Source: Octopus vulgaris
Lineage: Eukaryota
Reading direction: 5' to 3'
Length of the DNA stretch: 64,000 bases
Assembly: GCA_951406725.2 (NCBI GenBank)
Contig: OX597814.1
Coordinates: forward strand, 11,222,001-11,286,000
The notes beneath the pieces are model-generated. The model made no database searches, was not told the DNA's origin, and saw only the letters and a program-made list of their open reading frames with translations. Below are positions 1-13,379 of the stretch, piece by piece; position 1 is the stretch's first letter, and each line of letters begins with the position of its first letter. Made by a program: the position numbers and the translations under genes.

Positions 1-349
1 TTAGCCTTCCAATGTTATTAATCTTATGATTACATATTAATATGATACTCTGTCTCTCTGTCTCTCTCTCTCTGTCTCTCTCTCTCTCTCTACACACACA
101 CACATATATATATATATAACCCAAAAATAAGCAACAAGAATGGATCAGTAGTTTAGTACAATTGTTTCATACTATAAACATTTTATTAAAGCTGCAAATG
201 TTACAGCAAATATAATGTCAAGTACTCTTCAGCTAAATTTCATATAGGTTTTCCAAACATCTTAGAGAGTGTAAATATCCTTTGTAAAAAAATTCTGGTG
301 CATCTAAGTTAAGTACCATATTCTTTTGCATCTAAATTGTTTTGCTGAA

Positions 350-390
<41 letters not shown>

Positions 391-592
391 CAAATTTGGG
401 ATTTTACCAAGAGGATCACAGCTTCAATTTCAGGACTACCTTATTTTCTGGAGTACACATAGAAAGTTATAGCCAAAATACTAATCTAATTATAAGCATT
501 TTAAACCCTTCAATAACGTACAGTAAAACAAAGTACATTAGAATTAATTATAAATTATTTAAACATACTTAAAATATATATATATACCTTAC

Positions 593-603
593 CTGTTATT
601 AGT
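593..603 (-). CDS. Candidate 11-nt microexon (ACTAATAACAG)
   Basis: Minus strand reads TTGATTAATATTATCTTCTTTCCCCACAG|ACTAATAACAG|GTAAGG: branch-like site, pyrimidine tract, CAG acceptor and strong donor in unique sequence. No transcript evidence. Confidence 0.3.
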
Positions 604-926
604 CTGTGGGGAAAGAAGATAATATTAATCAATACTACACGTGTTTCTGCCCTGGTGGTTTGTTTTACCTAGTTATACTTAATACATAAGTCTACAAGTG
701 CGTCCTCAGGCTAATTTTCTCTTTTTATTATTATTATTATTATTAAGGGATCGAACTTAATCCTACAAATTCTAAGATATCTTCAATAAAAATAAAAATA
801 AAATATATGAGGATGATCCGGTTCTTGACTGAAGATTAGCGGCTTCGAATGACCCGTCCGTATTTTTTGTATCGTCTATTTGAATGTTTTCCGTTCTTGT
901 CCCATTTTGTATTTATATATATATTT

Positions 927-1155
927 TTCTTTACTACCCACAAGGGGCTAAACACAGAGGGGACAAACAAGGACAGACAAAGGGATTAAGCCGTTTATAT
1001 CGACGCCAGTGCGTAACTGGTACTTAATTTATCGACCCCGAAAGGATGAAAGGCAAAGACGACCTCGGCGGAATTTGAACTCACAACGTAACGGCAGACG
1101 AAATACCGCCAAGCATTTCGGCCGACGTGCTAACGTTTCTGCCAGCTAGCCGCCT
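927..1155 (-). mobile_element. tRNA-derived SINE family B, tail type 1 (Tx1-like tail)
   Basis: Minus: head GGCGGCTAGCTGGCAGAAACGTTAGCAC, B-box-like GAGTTCAAATTCC, core GCCTTTCATCCTTTCGGGGTCGATAAATTAAGTACCAG, tail TGTCCCCTCTGTGTTTAGCCCCTTGTGGGTAGTAAAGAAA; many similar copies in window. Confidence 0.85.
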
Positions 1156-1159
1156 TTGT

Positions 1160-1314
<155 letters not shown>

Positions 1315-1888
1315 TTATGCCTACCTATCGATTTATTTATCTTTCTCTCTATCTCTATCACTCTCTCTTTGTATCTAACTCCGTTTTACCTAATATTTCC
1401 TAATTTTCCTATTCATCTAAATAATTCCGTTTATTTCTATCACATCTTTTTTCCCCCTCTCTCCCTCACTCCTTCTCTCCCTACCCATCTCTCTCCCCCT
1501 TTCTCTCTCTCTCTCTCTCTCCCATCCCGCTTCTTCCTCTCCTCCTCTCTCTCACCGACTCTTTCCTTGAAAATCACAGACTATTTAGTTTTGAATCACT
1601 GTAAATTTCAAATCTCGATGGAGGGAGAATGTACTCCTTGTTCTCCTTTTATGCATTCACCTTAGAGTGAAATTAATTTGATTTACACTGCGGCCATGCT
1701 GGGCCACCGTCTTCAAGAATTTTAGTCGAATAAATCGACTCCAGTACTTCTTTCTTTTAAGCTTGGTACTTTTGCCAAGACATTAAAATATTTGAACGTG
1801 AAAACATCAACGCCGTTTGTCAAGCGGTGAAGGACAAACACAGATGCACTCACATACACATACATACATACATACATACATACATACA

Positions 1889-1992
<104 letters not shown>

Positions 1993-2039
1993 TTCCTACA
2001 AATGTGCATGTGTTAAACAGAGAGAGATTTACAAAAACT

Positions 2040-2875
2040 TGTGGCATTAGCAAAGGTAGTTAGATAGAAGAGCTACGAAGAAGGGGAAATAATAAAGTAC
2101 TGGTGATCCCAAAACGAAGGTGCGCGTGCGTGTGTGTATGTGAGAGTGTGTAAGTGTGTGTGTTAATAGGGGCTGGTGACTTTGACATGTGCGTATGTGT
2201 GCGCCTGTAATGTGTGGGTGTGTGGATGATGGTGTATGTGCAGAGAAGTGGTCAGTGCTAGTGTGTGAGGGGTGGTGTCGGGTGGTGTGATGTGTTGTGG
2301 TGGTGTGATGTGGTGTGGTGGTGTGATGTGGTGTAGTGGTGTGTTGTGTGGTGATGTTGAGGTGTAGGGATGTGAGGGTGGTCTGTGGGTTGGAGGTGAG
2401 GATGCGAGGTGGGGATGTGGGGTGAGGATGCGGGGTGAGGATGTGGGGTGAGGATGTGAGGATGTAGGGTGGGGTGAGGATCTGAGGGTGTAGGGTGGGG
2501 TGAGGATGTGGGGATGAGATGGTGATGAGAGGTAGGGTTGGGGTATGTGGGAGTGGGTTGTATGGGTGGGGATGGGTGGCAGTGTAGGAGTGAAGAGAGG
2601 AAGTAGGTGTCAGGGCAAGAGTGAAGAAAAGGGCGGAGAGTTGAGACCATTTGGAGCAAAGGAGCGGAGAGAGAAGATTAATTCTTGTTCACGGAGAAGG
2701 CTGGAATCTAGATGGCCCCTGTGCAGAGACAATCCGAACAAAGATAGGTGTTGTAATGAATGACCGGCAGAGCGGAAATAGTGCGAGACCGGTGTGTCAT
2801 TGCCGAGCTTAATGGCTCGGAGGTGCTCCGCGAACCGGTCAGCCAAGCAGTGTTCCATTTGACCGATGAATGTTT
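2040..2875 (-). mobile_element. Penelope-like element 3' fragment (GIY-YIG endonuclease C-terminus plus C-rich 3' region)
   Basis: ORF 2610-2882 FIGQMEHCLADRFAEHL...HYFRSAGHS...REQELIFSLRSFAPNGLN matches the PLE GIY-YIG pattern YIGQT..RF.EH..HF...H...E...I..L....P.GLN; outer boundary approximate. Confidence 0.75.
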
Positions 2876-3087
2876 TTAGCATGAATGTTTTTCATTACTC
2901 GGGGAAGGTTGTAGGGGGTCAAATTTTCTTCCTTGCATACATAGTGGGCTATAGCCCCCACCCCTATACGTCCCTTCCAATTTTTTTTGCCAGCGGCATA
3001 ATGGTTTCACTTTTATTCTTTCACTTTTCTTAAGACTATAATATTGTTTCACTTTTCTTCTTTCACTCATTGTTTCACTTCTATTCT

Positions 3088-3171
<84 letters not shown>

Positions 3172-3783
3172 CCTCTATGCACGGCCTAACCGCGGGATCA
3201 ATTTGTACCAAATTTGGCTGTCTAGAAATTATGTCGGTTTTGTTTTTTCGCTTTAAAGGTAAACGATTCTGAAACGCTTTTTAATTGTGATAGTGAAACA
3301 AGAGGTTTAAAGAAAAAGAAACAGTAAGGTTTCTAAATAACGAAAGATCTTCGTACAGACACACGCTTATAATACACTGTAGGACATCTTTCAATTTATA
3401 CGATGAGCATTATGAATTGTAAAGTTCAATATTCCCGTGACATAAGTTAGAGATATCGGCATGAGTTATTCAAATAATTGTTCGTGGAATGGACCTAATA
3501 AAATTAGCTAGAGTACACTCGATATTTCATATTTAAATCCGATGTTACTATGTCTTCTTGGATATTGGTCCTACCTTAGATTCGAAATCGAATTTACAAT
3601 TTCTCCCTAGCCATGCGGCCTATTGTTCTGTCAAGGAGTAACGCAGATTTATGTGTTCCCCACTTCACTCTTCATCTTTTCTATGCCATGAAAACTTGGA
3701 ATAGATAATGAGTGACCTACATTAATTTATCCATTGTTAGAGTGGTAAACCTCTTTTTCTACCCGCTCTGCGTAAGCTCGGTA
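2876..3783 (+). mobile_element. Rearranged partial copy of the adjacent non-autonomous Helitron
   Basis: Shares segments with 3784-4040 (CATGAA.GTTTTTCATTACTC.GGGAAGGTT; ATGCACGGCC...TACCAAATTTGGC; GTCGGTTTTG...CGCTTTA). Confidence 0.55.
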
Positions 3784-4544
3784 TCTATAAAATTCACTGT
3801 GCGTGCGTGTGTGTTTGTGTGTGTGTTCTCCATGCACGGCCAAACCGCTGAAGCAATCTGTACCAAATTTGGCATGAAGGTTTTTCATTACTCAGGGAAG
3901 GTTCTAAAGGAGGGGGGTCAGTAAATTTTAAACTTTTTTTCAAAAACGGAAATAGGTTTTACCATACCTGTCATATACGTCGGTTTTGTTTTTTTGTTTT
4001 TTCTTCGCTTTAGAGGCAAACTATTCTGATAGAAGCAAACACGATATTGAATGATTCTCCGTCATACGTCTACGATAATAAAACAAGTGGCTTAGTCCTT
4101 ATCGCCAAAATTCATTTCTCTTGGGTAATATAAGGGTGACGATATCTTCATTCCACGGATCCCATTAATCCTATCTGACCCCCCTGTAAATTTAAACGGC
4201 TCCAGTTCCCAGTGAAACTAAGTTTTGCTATATCCATAAACAAACCTCAAGCACAATCTCTCTCAATGTTGTTGGATTTAACCTTGCTTCTCCTTGCTTC
4301 TCTCATGGGCAATTTTATGTGGGATGTTCGTGAGTTGGAAGTCCTCAAACTTTTTCTATTTGTACCCCAATTAAAGGAGACACTGAAAACATTGTAAATT
4401 TAGAGATTCTACAAAATTAAACTGTGATTGATTTCACGTCATCTGATAGAAATTTTCTGAAAATATATTTTTCTATCAGAATAAATATATCTATTTCCTT
4501 TAACAGTCTTTAAAATTCCGAGCAACGCCGGATACTTAGGCTAG
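3784..4544 (+). mobile_element. Non-autonomous Helitron with PIF1 helicase remnant
   Basis: 5' TC after A; 3' CCG-AGCAACGC-CGG hairpin then CTAG followed by T; 4130-4345 encodes a frameshifted PIF1 C-terminus FIPRIPLI..KRLQFPVKLSFAISINKPQAQSL..PCFSHGQFYVGCS. Confidence 0.8.
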
Positions 4545-5011
4545 TAAAAATATATATATACATATATACATTTGTGCGTGTGTGTTTATGTTTGTCCTCC
4601 ACAGCAACACTTGACAACTGGTACAGGCATGTTTATGCCCCCATAACTTAGCTGTTCGGCAAAAGAGACTGATAGAGTAAGTACCAAGCTTTTAAAAAAT
4701 TAATGCTGGAGTCGATGCATTCAACAAAAAATTCTTCAAGGCTGTGCCCCAGCATAGCCGTAGTTTGATTACTAAAACAAGTAAAGAGGAAAGACAAAGA
4801 TGTATATACACATACATTACGTACATACACACACACGCACATACATATATATATGTGTGTGTGTGTGTGTGCATGTGTCTGCGCGTGTGTATAAGCTTAT
4901 ATATAAATATAGAATGGTGGAACAACAATGTAGCAGTATTTACTGGAAATAGCAGTCAATAATATACGACGCTATAGTAAAGTTTCACTGTATATATTTT
5001 ATATTGATATT

Positions 5012-5062
<51 letters not shown>

Positions 5063-5429
5063 GCTTATATATATATATATACAGACACATATGTCACCAC
5101 TACCACCGCCAACACCACCATCATTATCAACACACCACAACCACCACCAAAATCTTCATTAACAATGATGAATTTTGCCAGAACAGTGACAACTGGAACA
5201 ACACCAATACCAGTATTTACAATCTCGCGACAAACGAGATCGATTGCTATGCAAGAAATAACAGCCACGTTGCCCCGCAAAAAATGATACATCACTATGA
5301 GGGCTACATTAGAAAATGTAGTTGTAACGGTCATGGCTTGGATTTTGCTTCTGTTTTTTATTTTACTTTTTGCTATAAGATGCTCGGATAGAACTGACCT
5401 GGGGTTAAACAAGGTTTTCATCTCAGTAA

Positions 5430-5868
5430 AATGATGGCAGCCACCATTATCACCACAAGTACCATCAGCACCACAACTACCATCATTATCCTCCTCCTCA
5501 TCATCATCATAATTACCATCGCCATCACTGTGAATATCATCATCCTCAACTTCCTTTTCATCATCGCTATCATAATCATCATCACCCCCACCACCATCAC
5601 TATCATTATCACGATCATCATCATCGTTATAACATGGTCATCATAATCTTCATCATCCTCATCATTTTCATAACACGATCATCATGTTATGTTGATGATC
5701 TTCTTCTTCTTCTTCTTCTTCTTCTTCTTCTTCTTCTTCTTCTTCTTCTTCCTCTCCCCCTTCTCCAGCTTCATTATCATCCACATCATCATGCCCACTA
5801 GCATCACTACCACCACCACCATCATCACCATCATCATCATCATTATCATCATCATTATCATCATCATT

Positions 5869-5900
<32 letters not shown>

Positions 5901-6160
5901 TATCATCATCATCATCATCATCATCATAACCACTAGCACCTCTACCACCACCATCACCATCATCATCATCATCGTCGTCGTCGTCGTCATCATCATCATC
6001 GCGACCACCTCCACTATCATCAGCATCATCAACACCATCATCATTATTCATTATGGTCAAATAACTTCCCGTAATTAAGGTCGTTGCCATTAGCAACTGT
6101 CACCACTATCACCACCACCACCACCACCACCACCACCACCACCACTACCACTACCATCAA
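5430..6160. repeat. Compound trinucleotide low-complexity tract (CAT/CTT/CAC/CGT)
   Basis: Direct sequence. Confidence 0.9.
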
Positions 6161-6706
6161 TCTCAATTACCTGTGCTATCCCTTCAACCACCTTCGGAAC
6201 CGCACTCTCCGCTATCACCATCCATGTCATCACAAGTTTTCCTAAGTCTATCTTGTCTTTATCTGCAGAATTCTTGCGCCACTCCCAGGAAACAATATTT
6301 CCGCATCCTTCCTGTAAAACAATTGTAAGTAGACAAGAACGAATAATTTTAACCTTCAAAGGTTTTATTTCCTTTCATATTCTTCTTATACCGACGCCTG
6401 TTTCAAAATATACAAAAGAAAAGAAATCTAGGATATGTATGCATGCACATACACACACATACACACACACACACACACATACACACGCGCATACATATAG
6501 ATATACATAGCGATATAGACATGTGCATATATATGTATAGACATACATGTACACTCGTATATATATACACACATACACACACACGCACACACGTACACTG
6601 AGAAATATATATGTATATCTTTATACATGTGTGTGTGATTGCCTGAGTATAGACAAATAGATAGATAGGTTTCTTTAGATATAGATATATATATATATAT
6701 ATATAT

Positions 6707-6768
<62 letters not shown>

Positions 6769-6783
6769 GATAGATAGATACAC

Positions 6784-6881
<98 letters not shown>

Positions 6882-6971
6882 TCAGACAGACAGACAGAAA
6901 GACAGACAGACAGAAAGACAGACACACACAGATAGATAGATATATAGATAGATAGAGAGAGAGAGAGAGAA

Positions 6972-7048
<77 letters not shown>

Positions 7049-7049
7049 C

Positions 7050-7113
<64 letters not shown>

Positions 7114-7570
7114 CGAAGGCAAATAAATACATAAATACATTCAGATACATTCATACACTCACTCGTACACACATACATACATACGCATGCACATAACATA
7201 ATATAACAACGTAACATAACATCACCATAGCACACAGCATAACGTAAGAGAACATAGCATACATAAGATAGCATACACAATGTTTTATGTATATTGCTAT
7301 CGTGGTGAGCTCTCAAATTGAATCAGAAGTACAAATCATACTGTAGTCAGCGCCACCTCGCTGTTGATATAAACCAGAGCTGTATGAAAAGGCTAAGGCG
7401 TATCTATATCCTTTGGTGGCTTAACACTGTCTTTATACTCATCATGCATTTCATTCCGCTGTTGTTGTTGCTATTATTGTTGTTGCTGTTGTTGTTGTTG
7501 TTGTTACTGCTGCTGTTGTTGTTGTTGTTTAAGGTGTGTACATAGCTGTGCACCAGAATCAAAGAGTGTG

Positions 7571-7628
<58 letters not shown>

Positions 7629-7768
7629 CATGCGTAATACGTTTAATGTATGTATATTTATTGCTTTTGTTAGTCGTAATGCACGCTCCCCAGAGGTAAA
7701 CACAAAATACGGGTGGGCTAATTGTTTTAGCGAGTGGCACCAAGACTCCATGTATAACATATATATAC

Positions 7769-7849
<81 letters not shown>

Positions 7850-7880
7850 GTATGTATATGTATATATATATATAAAAAAA

Positions 7881-7937
<57 letters not shown>

Positions 7938-8042
7938 ATATATGTATATAATATATATGTACGTGTATATGTGCTTGTATGCATGGTGTGTAAATGTATA
8001 TGAAATATATGCACATGTATATATGTATGTATGCCTACTGTG

Positions 8043-8121
<79 letters not shown>

Positions 8122-8124
8122 TGT

Positions 8125-8184
<60 letters not shown>

Positions 8185-8368
8185 GTAGATAGATAGATAG
8201 ATAGATAGACAGATAAAATGAACAGAAAAACAGACAGACAGATATACAAACGTACAGGCCTTCAGACATACATGAACAGATACATGTAATACACTCATTC
8301 GCACGCGTTCGCTTATATATACGTGATGCATATATATATATATATATATATACATATGCATATGGGAA

Positions 8369-8406
<38 letters not shown>

Positions 8407-8496
8407 TATGTACGTATGTATATATATGGTGGAAGCATATGTTTGGATGTATACATTTCTATAAACACATACGTATATATGTATACTTGTGTGTGT

Positions 8497-8544
<48 letters not shown>

Positions 8545-9242
8545 AAGTGTGGAGTCATCAGAATATATCTGGATAATATAAATGTGTACATGACATACGC
8601 CCATTGTGCCAAGATGTACAGAAATTTATAGAGCTGGCCTCAACACACACAATTATGTCTCAGTTCTCGATATGAAGCTAACCTTCAAGAATTATTATTA
8701 TTTTTTTTTTTTGGCTTTTTGCTTCCCTTTTTGTATCTAATTTTCATTTGCGCAAACTTCCGTTTCTTTTCTATCAGCGTATATATGTACTTAAAGCTCA
8801 AATACCTTAATGCGATTGGAAGCTCAAAGCAGACTGAGTACGCAATGCAAGGTTTACTTTCTCATTTAATCAATACACTTCATCTTGCCCTCGACGGGTG
8901 CTGAGTGATGGGTCTTTGTGGTGTTGGTTTGTAGAAGGCAGTAATGCTAGTGTAGGTGGTGGTGCTGGAGATGCTGATGGTGGTGTTGACGGTGATGGTA
9001 TTGGTGGTGGTGGTGGTGGTGGTGGTGGTGGTGGTGGTGGTGCTGGAGGTAGTGGTAGTACTGCTGTTGCTTGTCCGGGTGCTGGTGCTTGTAGGTATTT
9101 TTCTGATCACCATTACGACCTGTGGGTGATCAGGTCTAGTGATTCGCGCGCAACAGTGTGGGGGGGGGAATCATAATTGTATTGCATATAACTAAGGATT
9201 CACTCTCGAACAATACAATTCCAATTGCCATAATTTCAAATA

Positions 9243-10503
9243 TTGGGTTGTCCAGAAGGTTCGTGCCGACTTATTTTAGAGCATGGTTGAGTCCATAAAA
9301 TAGGATTTGACTACACCTCAATTTAGAGCACAGTTTAAGATATCTTTTCGTGGAAGAAGGTTTATGTTCCTATAACCTGTGTTAATTCTGTAACCCTTTA
9401 AAATGGAAGATAAGAAAGTTTATTTTCGGCACTTGATGCTTTTCTTTTTCCGTGAAGGGGGAAATGCCTCACAAGCAACCAAAGAAATATGCGCAGTTTA
9501 CGGTGATGTTTCTTTATCAGAAAGAACTGTACCGAAGTGGTTTGCAAGGTTCCGAGCTGGAGATTGTAGCCTTATTGATAAAGAGCAATCAGACAGACCA
9601 TCCACTACAGATAATGACCAAACCAAGTCATTAATTGAGAATAACCCACATTGCACAATCCGAGAATTGGCAGAAAGCCTCAACCAATCAAAATCCGTCG
9701 TTCATGAGCACCTGGTAAAGCTTGGGTACACAAATCGCTACGATGTTTGGGTACCACATGAGTTGAGTGAGAAGAACCTTTTGGATCTCATTTCCATCTG
9801 TGATTCGCTTTATAAACGGAATAAAAACGCACCTTTTTTAAAGCAAATTGTGACAGGTGATGAGAAATGGATTATCTACCGAAATGTTCAGAGAAAGCGA
9901 TCCTGGAGTAAGCGACATGAGCCACCCTTAGCCACCCCAAAAGCGGGTCTTCACCCTAAAAAAGTCTTGCTTTGTGTCTGGTGGGATTGGAAAGGAATTC
10001 TGTACTATGAGCTTCTCCCAAGTAACCAGACAATTAATTCTGAGAAATACTGCACACAACTGGACGAGTTAAAAGCAGCAATTCAAGAGAAACGTCCAGA
10101 ATTGGCCAACAGGAAGGGTGTTGTTTTCCAACATGATAATGCAAGACCGTACGTTTCTTTGGGAACCAGACAAAAATTGCTGCAGCTCGGCTGGGATGTG
10201 TTACCCCACCCTCCATATTCACCAGATATTGCTCCTTCGGATTTCCACTTATTCAGGTCTCTGCAGAATAGTCTTAATGGTAAAAATTTCAATTCCTTGG
10301 ATGACGTAAAAAGATACCTTGATGAATTCTTTGCCATGAAACCACCTCAATTCTGGGAAGAGGTATTTTCAAGTTAAAGGAAAGATGGAGACGCATTGTG
10401 CAACAAAATGGTTCATATTTGGTTGATTAAAAATGTAATGGCAAGTATTTATTGACCTTTTTCTTTCCTTTAAAAATCGGCACGAACTTTCCGGACAACC
10501 TAA
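9243..10503 (+). mobile_element. Full-length mariner (Tc1/mariner DD34D), 1261 bp
   Basis: TIRs TTGGGTTGTCCAGAAGGTTCGTGCCGA and (rev-comp) TTAGGTTGTCCGGAAAGTTCGTGCCGA; TA at 9241-9242 and 10504-10505; internal transposase. Confidence 0.97.
9403..10430 (+). pseudogene. Mariner transposase with a single C-terminal frameshift
   Basis: WVPHEL, IVTGDEKW, FQHDNARP, YSPDIAPSDFHLF with 34 residues between second and third D; 324-aa ORF ends at 10377 but restoring one G near 10362 gives FWEEGIFKLKERWRRIVQQNGSYLVD* ending 10430. Confidence 0.92.
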
Positions 10504-10707
10504 TACAGAAACTCTGAAAGATTGAAACCCACAGAACCCCAAACCTGAACGTCATAATAGCGAAAGACCTTGCAATTACAAAATACATTCACTTATCTGC
10601 CCTTGATTTCTTTACTGCATGATTCCATTCCATAAACGTCTGTCTGAACAACACTATCCAAAACACCATGATTTACAGAGCCCAGCTTAAATATGGAGGC
10701 GAAATCG

Positions 10708-11012
10708 GCCCTCCGTCGGTTACGATGACGCAGGTTCCAGTTGATCCGATCAACGGAACAGCCTGCATGTGGCTGAGCACTCCACAGACACGTATGTCCT
10801 TAATGTAGTTCTCAGGGAGATTCAACGTGACACAGAGTGTGACAAGGCTGGCCCTTTGAAACACAGTTACTAAACATTTTTGCCAGCTGAGTGGACTTGA
10901 GCAACGGGAAATAAAACGTCCTGCTCAAGTACACAAAGCGTCGCCGGGAACTGAACTCTTGGCCTTACGATCATGAACGGAATACCCTAATTACTAACCC
11001 ACGCGCCTTCAC
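10708..11012 (-). mobile_element. tRNA-derived SINE, CORE-like head H2 with tail X
   Basis: Minus: GTGAAGGCGCGTGG head, TTGAGCAGGACGTTTTATTTCCCGTTGCTCAAGTCCACTCAGCTGG core; 3' half shared with 26763 and 49032 copies. Confidence 0.75.
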
Positions 11013-11072
11013 ATATGGAGGAGTATGCAGGACTTAATGCAAGATTCTTTATATGAGTTCGTGTGTTGAAGC

Positions 11073-11249
11073 ATATTCTGTTGTGTCTGGGGAGAGTCGC
11101 ATTTTCTTTTTGTGCCGTATAATTTAACACACTCACCGGTAAAATTTCCACTCATTTCTTATTTTTATTTTCGTAAAACTTTTACCGGTGAGTGTGTTAA
11201 ATTATAAGGCACAAGAAGAAAATGACTCTCTCCAGACACAACAGAATAT
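11073..11249. repeat. Inverted repeat, ~70-bp arms and 35-nt spacer
   Basis: 11073-11144 is the near-perfect reverse complement of 11180-11249; related single arm near 57165-57235. Confidence 0.9.
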
Positions 11250-11288
11250 ATATGTGTGTATGTGTGTGCGTGTGTGTGTGTGTGTGTT

Positions 11289-11335
<47 letters not shown>

Positions 11336-12516
11336 ATGTATATACATATATTGCATCTTTGTAGGAAATATAGTTTGCTCTCTGCTCATGATAACCACTA
11401 AGGGATTAACCCTATACTGTGAACTAACGAAGGATTTGACTCTTTTATATAAACCCTGCATTTATCTCCACAATGTGCTCTTATGATGCACTTGGTGCAT
11501 AATTACACCGTAGTTAAATTTTAAGTCACTTCCATATTTAAGACATGATTCGAAGCATCAAATCTCTACCTGCTAATTTGATATAATATAGGTCGCTCTC
11601 ATCTCTCACATTGATATATAGTCGACGACACTATATAGATAAGCACTTCGTTGCACAGCCCTCTTGTTTCGAGTACGACCAAAATGTGCGTTAAGTACCT
11701 TCCTGCAATAACTGGTTTCTAACATAACCTCCAGTTAATCCAATTGCATTAAAGTAGACGAATACGTACGGAATACTGTGCAGAAGCCGTTTAAATTCTA
11801 TCTTCTCACGAGGTACTATTAATCTATTTAGCAGTTTTGCTGTACCCTCTTTAGCAAAATTCGCTTTGTTTCAGTCCTTCGAGCAGGTCTTCTAGTCCGA
11901 AAATAACAGGACGCCCTGATGATCGGCATCCTAAAACCACAAAGAGGGAATGGTTATTTTCTTCTTTTAGTCTCCCAAGTATTGGTTGGGTATCATATAA
12001 AAGGTCGCGGGTGTGGCCTCCTTCCTCTGAGTAAGTCATTATTTTATAACATTTTATAAATAGAAATATAGTGAGGGGTGGATAGATACATACGTATATA
12101 TATACACACATATACATACGTGCATAAATCAAAATATATAAACAGATACACACCATACATGTTTTTGGGTATATATACATATATACACATTACACGCGCA
12201 TACACATATATATGTAAGCTTATGCATGTATGTATATATATATTTATATATATATATATGTATGTATATATATATATATATATATATGCATGTATATATA
12301 TATATATATATATGATATAGTTAGAATGACAGGTAGATAGGTAAACGGAGAGACAGACAGACAGACACACACACACACACATATATATATACACACATAC
12401 ATACGTATGTGCATGTATGTATGTATGTATGTATGCACATACGCACGTACGTACGTGAATGCATAGAAACGCAAGCAGACAGATAGACAGATAGACAGAC
12501 AGACAGACAAATAGTC

Positions 12517-12579
<63 letters not shown>

Positions 12580-12983
12580 CAAAAGAGGTATGCACGCCAG
12601 TACGGATATGTAAAATAAATAATTCAAGAGTGCTGTCATCAAGTTTCCTGTAAAAATTATAAATAAACACACACACACACACACATATACATACATACAC
12701 ACGCTCTTCTCTCGCATTTATATCTTCACCACCACTGTCAACACTATCATAAGCAGCCCAACTCAAATTTGCCAGCTCCATCCATTTATTCTCGTTTTTT
12801 CTTTTCTATCTATTATTATTATTATTTAAAATTTTTGTTTAGCATTCAAGTTAAATGTTGCACATCTCTGCTATATTGTAAGCGGTTTTCTTCAGTTAAA
12901 GACTTAACATAAGTGCTGCTGTTACATTTAATAAAGCCATCTGCCTTATCTCTCAGAATTGTTCTTGAATTGTTCTTCCTGTC

Positions 12984-13046
<63 letters not shown>

Positions 13047-13379
13047 CCTTATTATTATTATTATTATTATCAATTTTATTATTATTTTACCTATATCATT
13101 TTACTTCCTGGCAGCCGTAGTTATATTTATATAACATTTAACACATCCTTTTATGAGCTACTTGGTGCACGGGTGGCCTAACTAGTGTAAATTCGATAGT
13201 ATTCAGTGCAACGTCGATGCTTGGTCATTTTGTTAGATATGGACACAGTGTAGAGTATGATCTGGCCATAAATGATGGCTGTCAAAGTATCACTTGAAAT
13301 GGGCGCAGATATTGTTGCGCCGTTAAGAAGCTCGCTTTGAAACCGTGAAGTTTTGGCACTTTAGGAAAGTGTATTCTGC

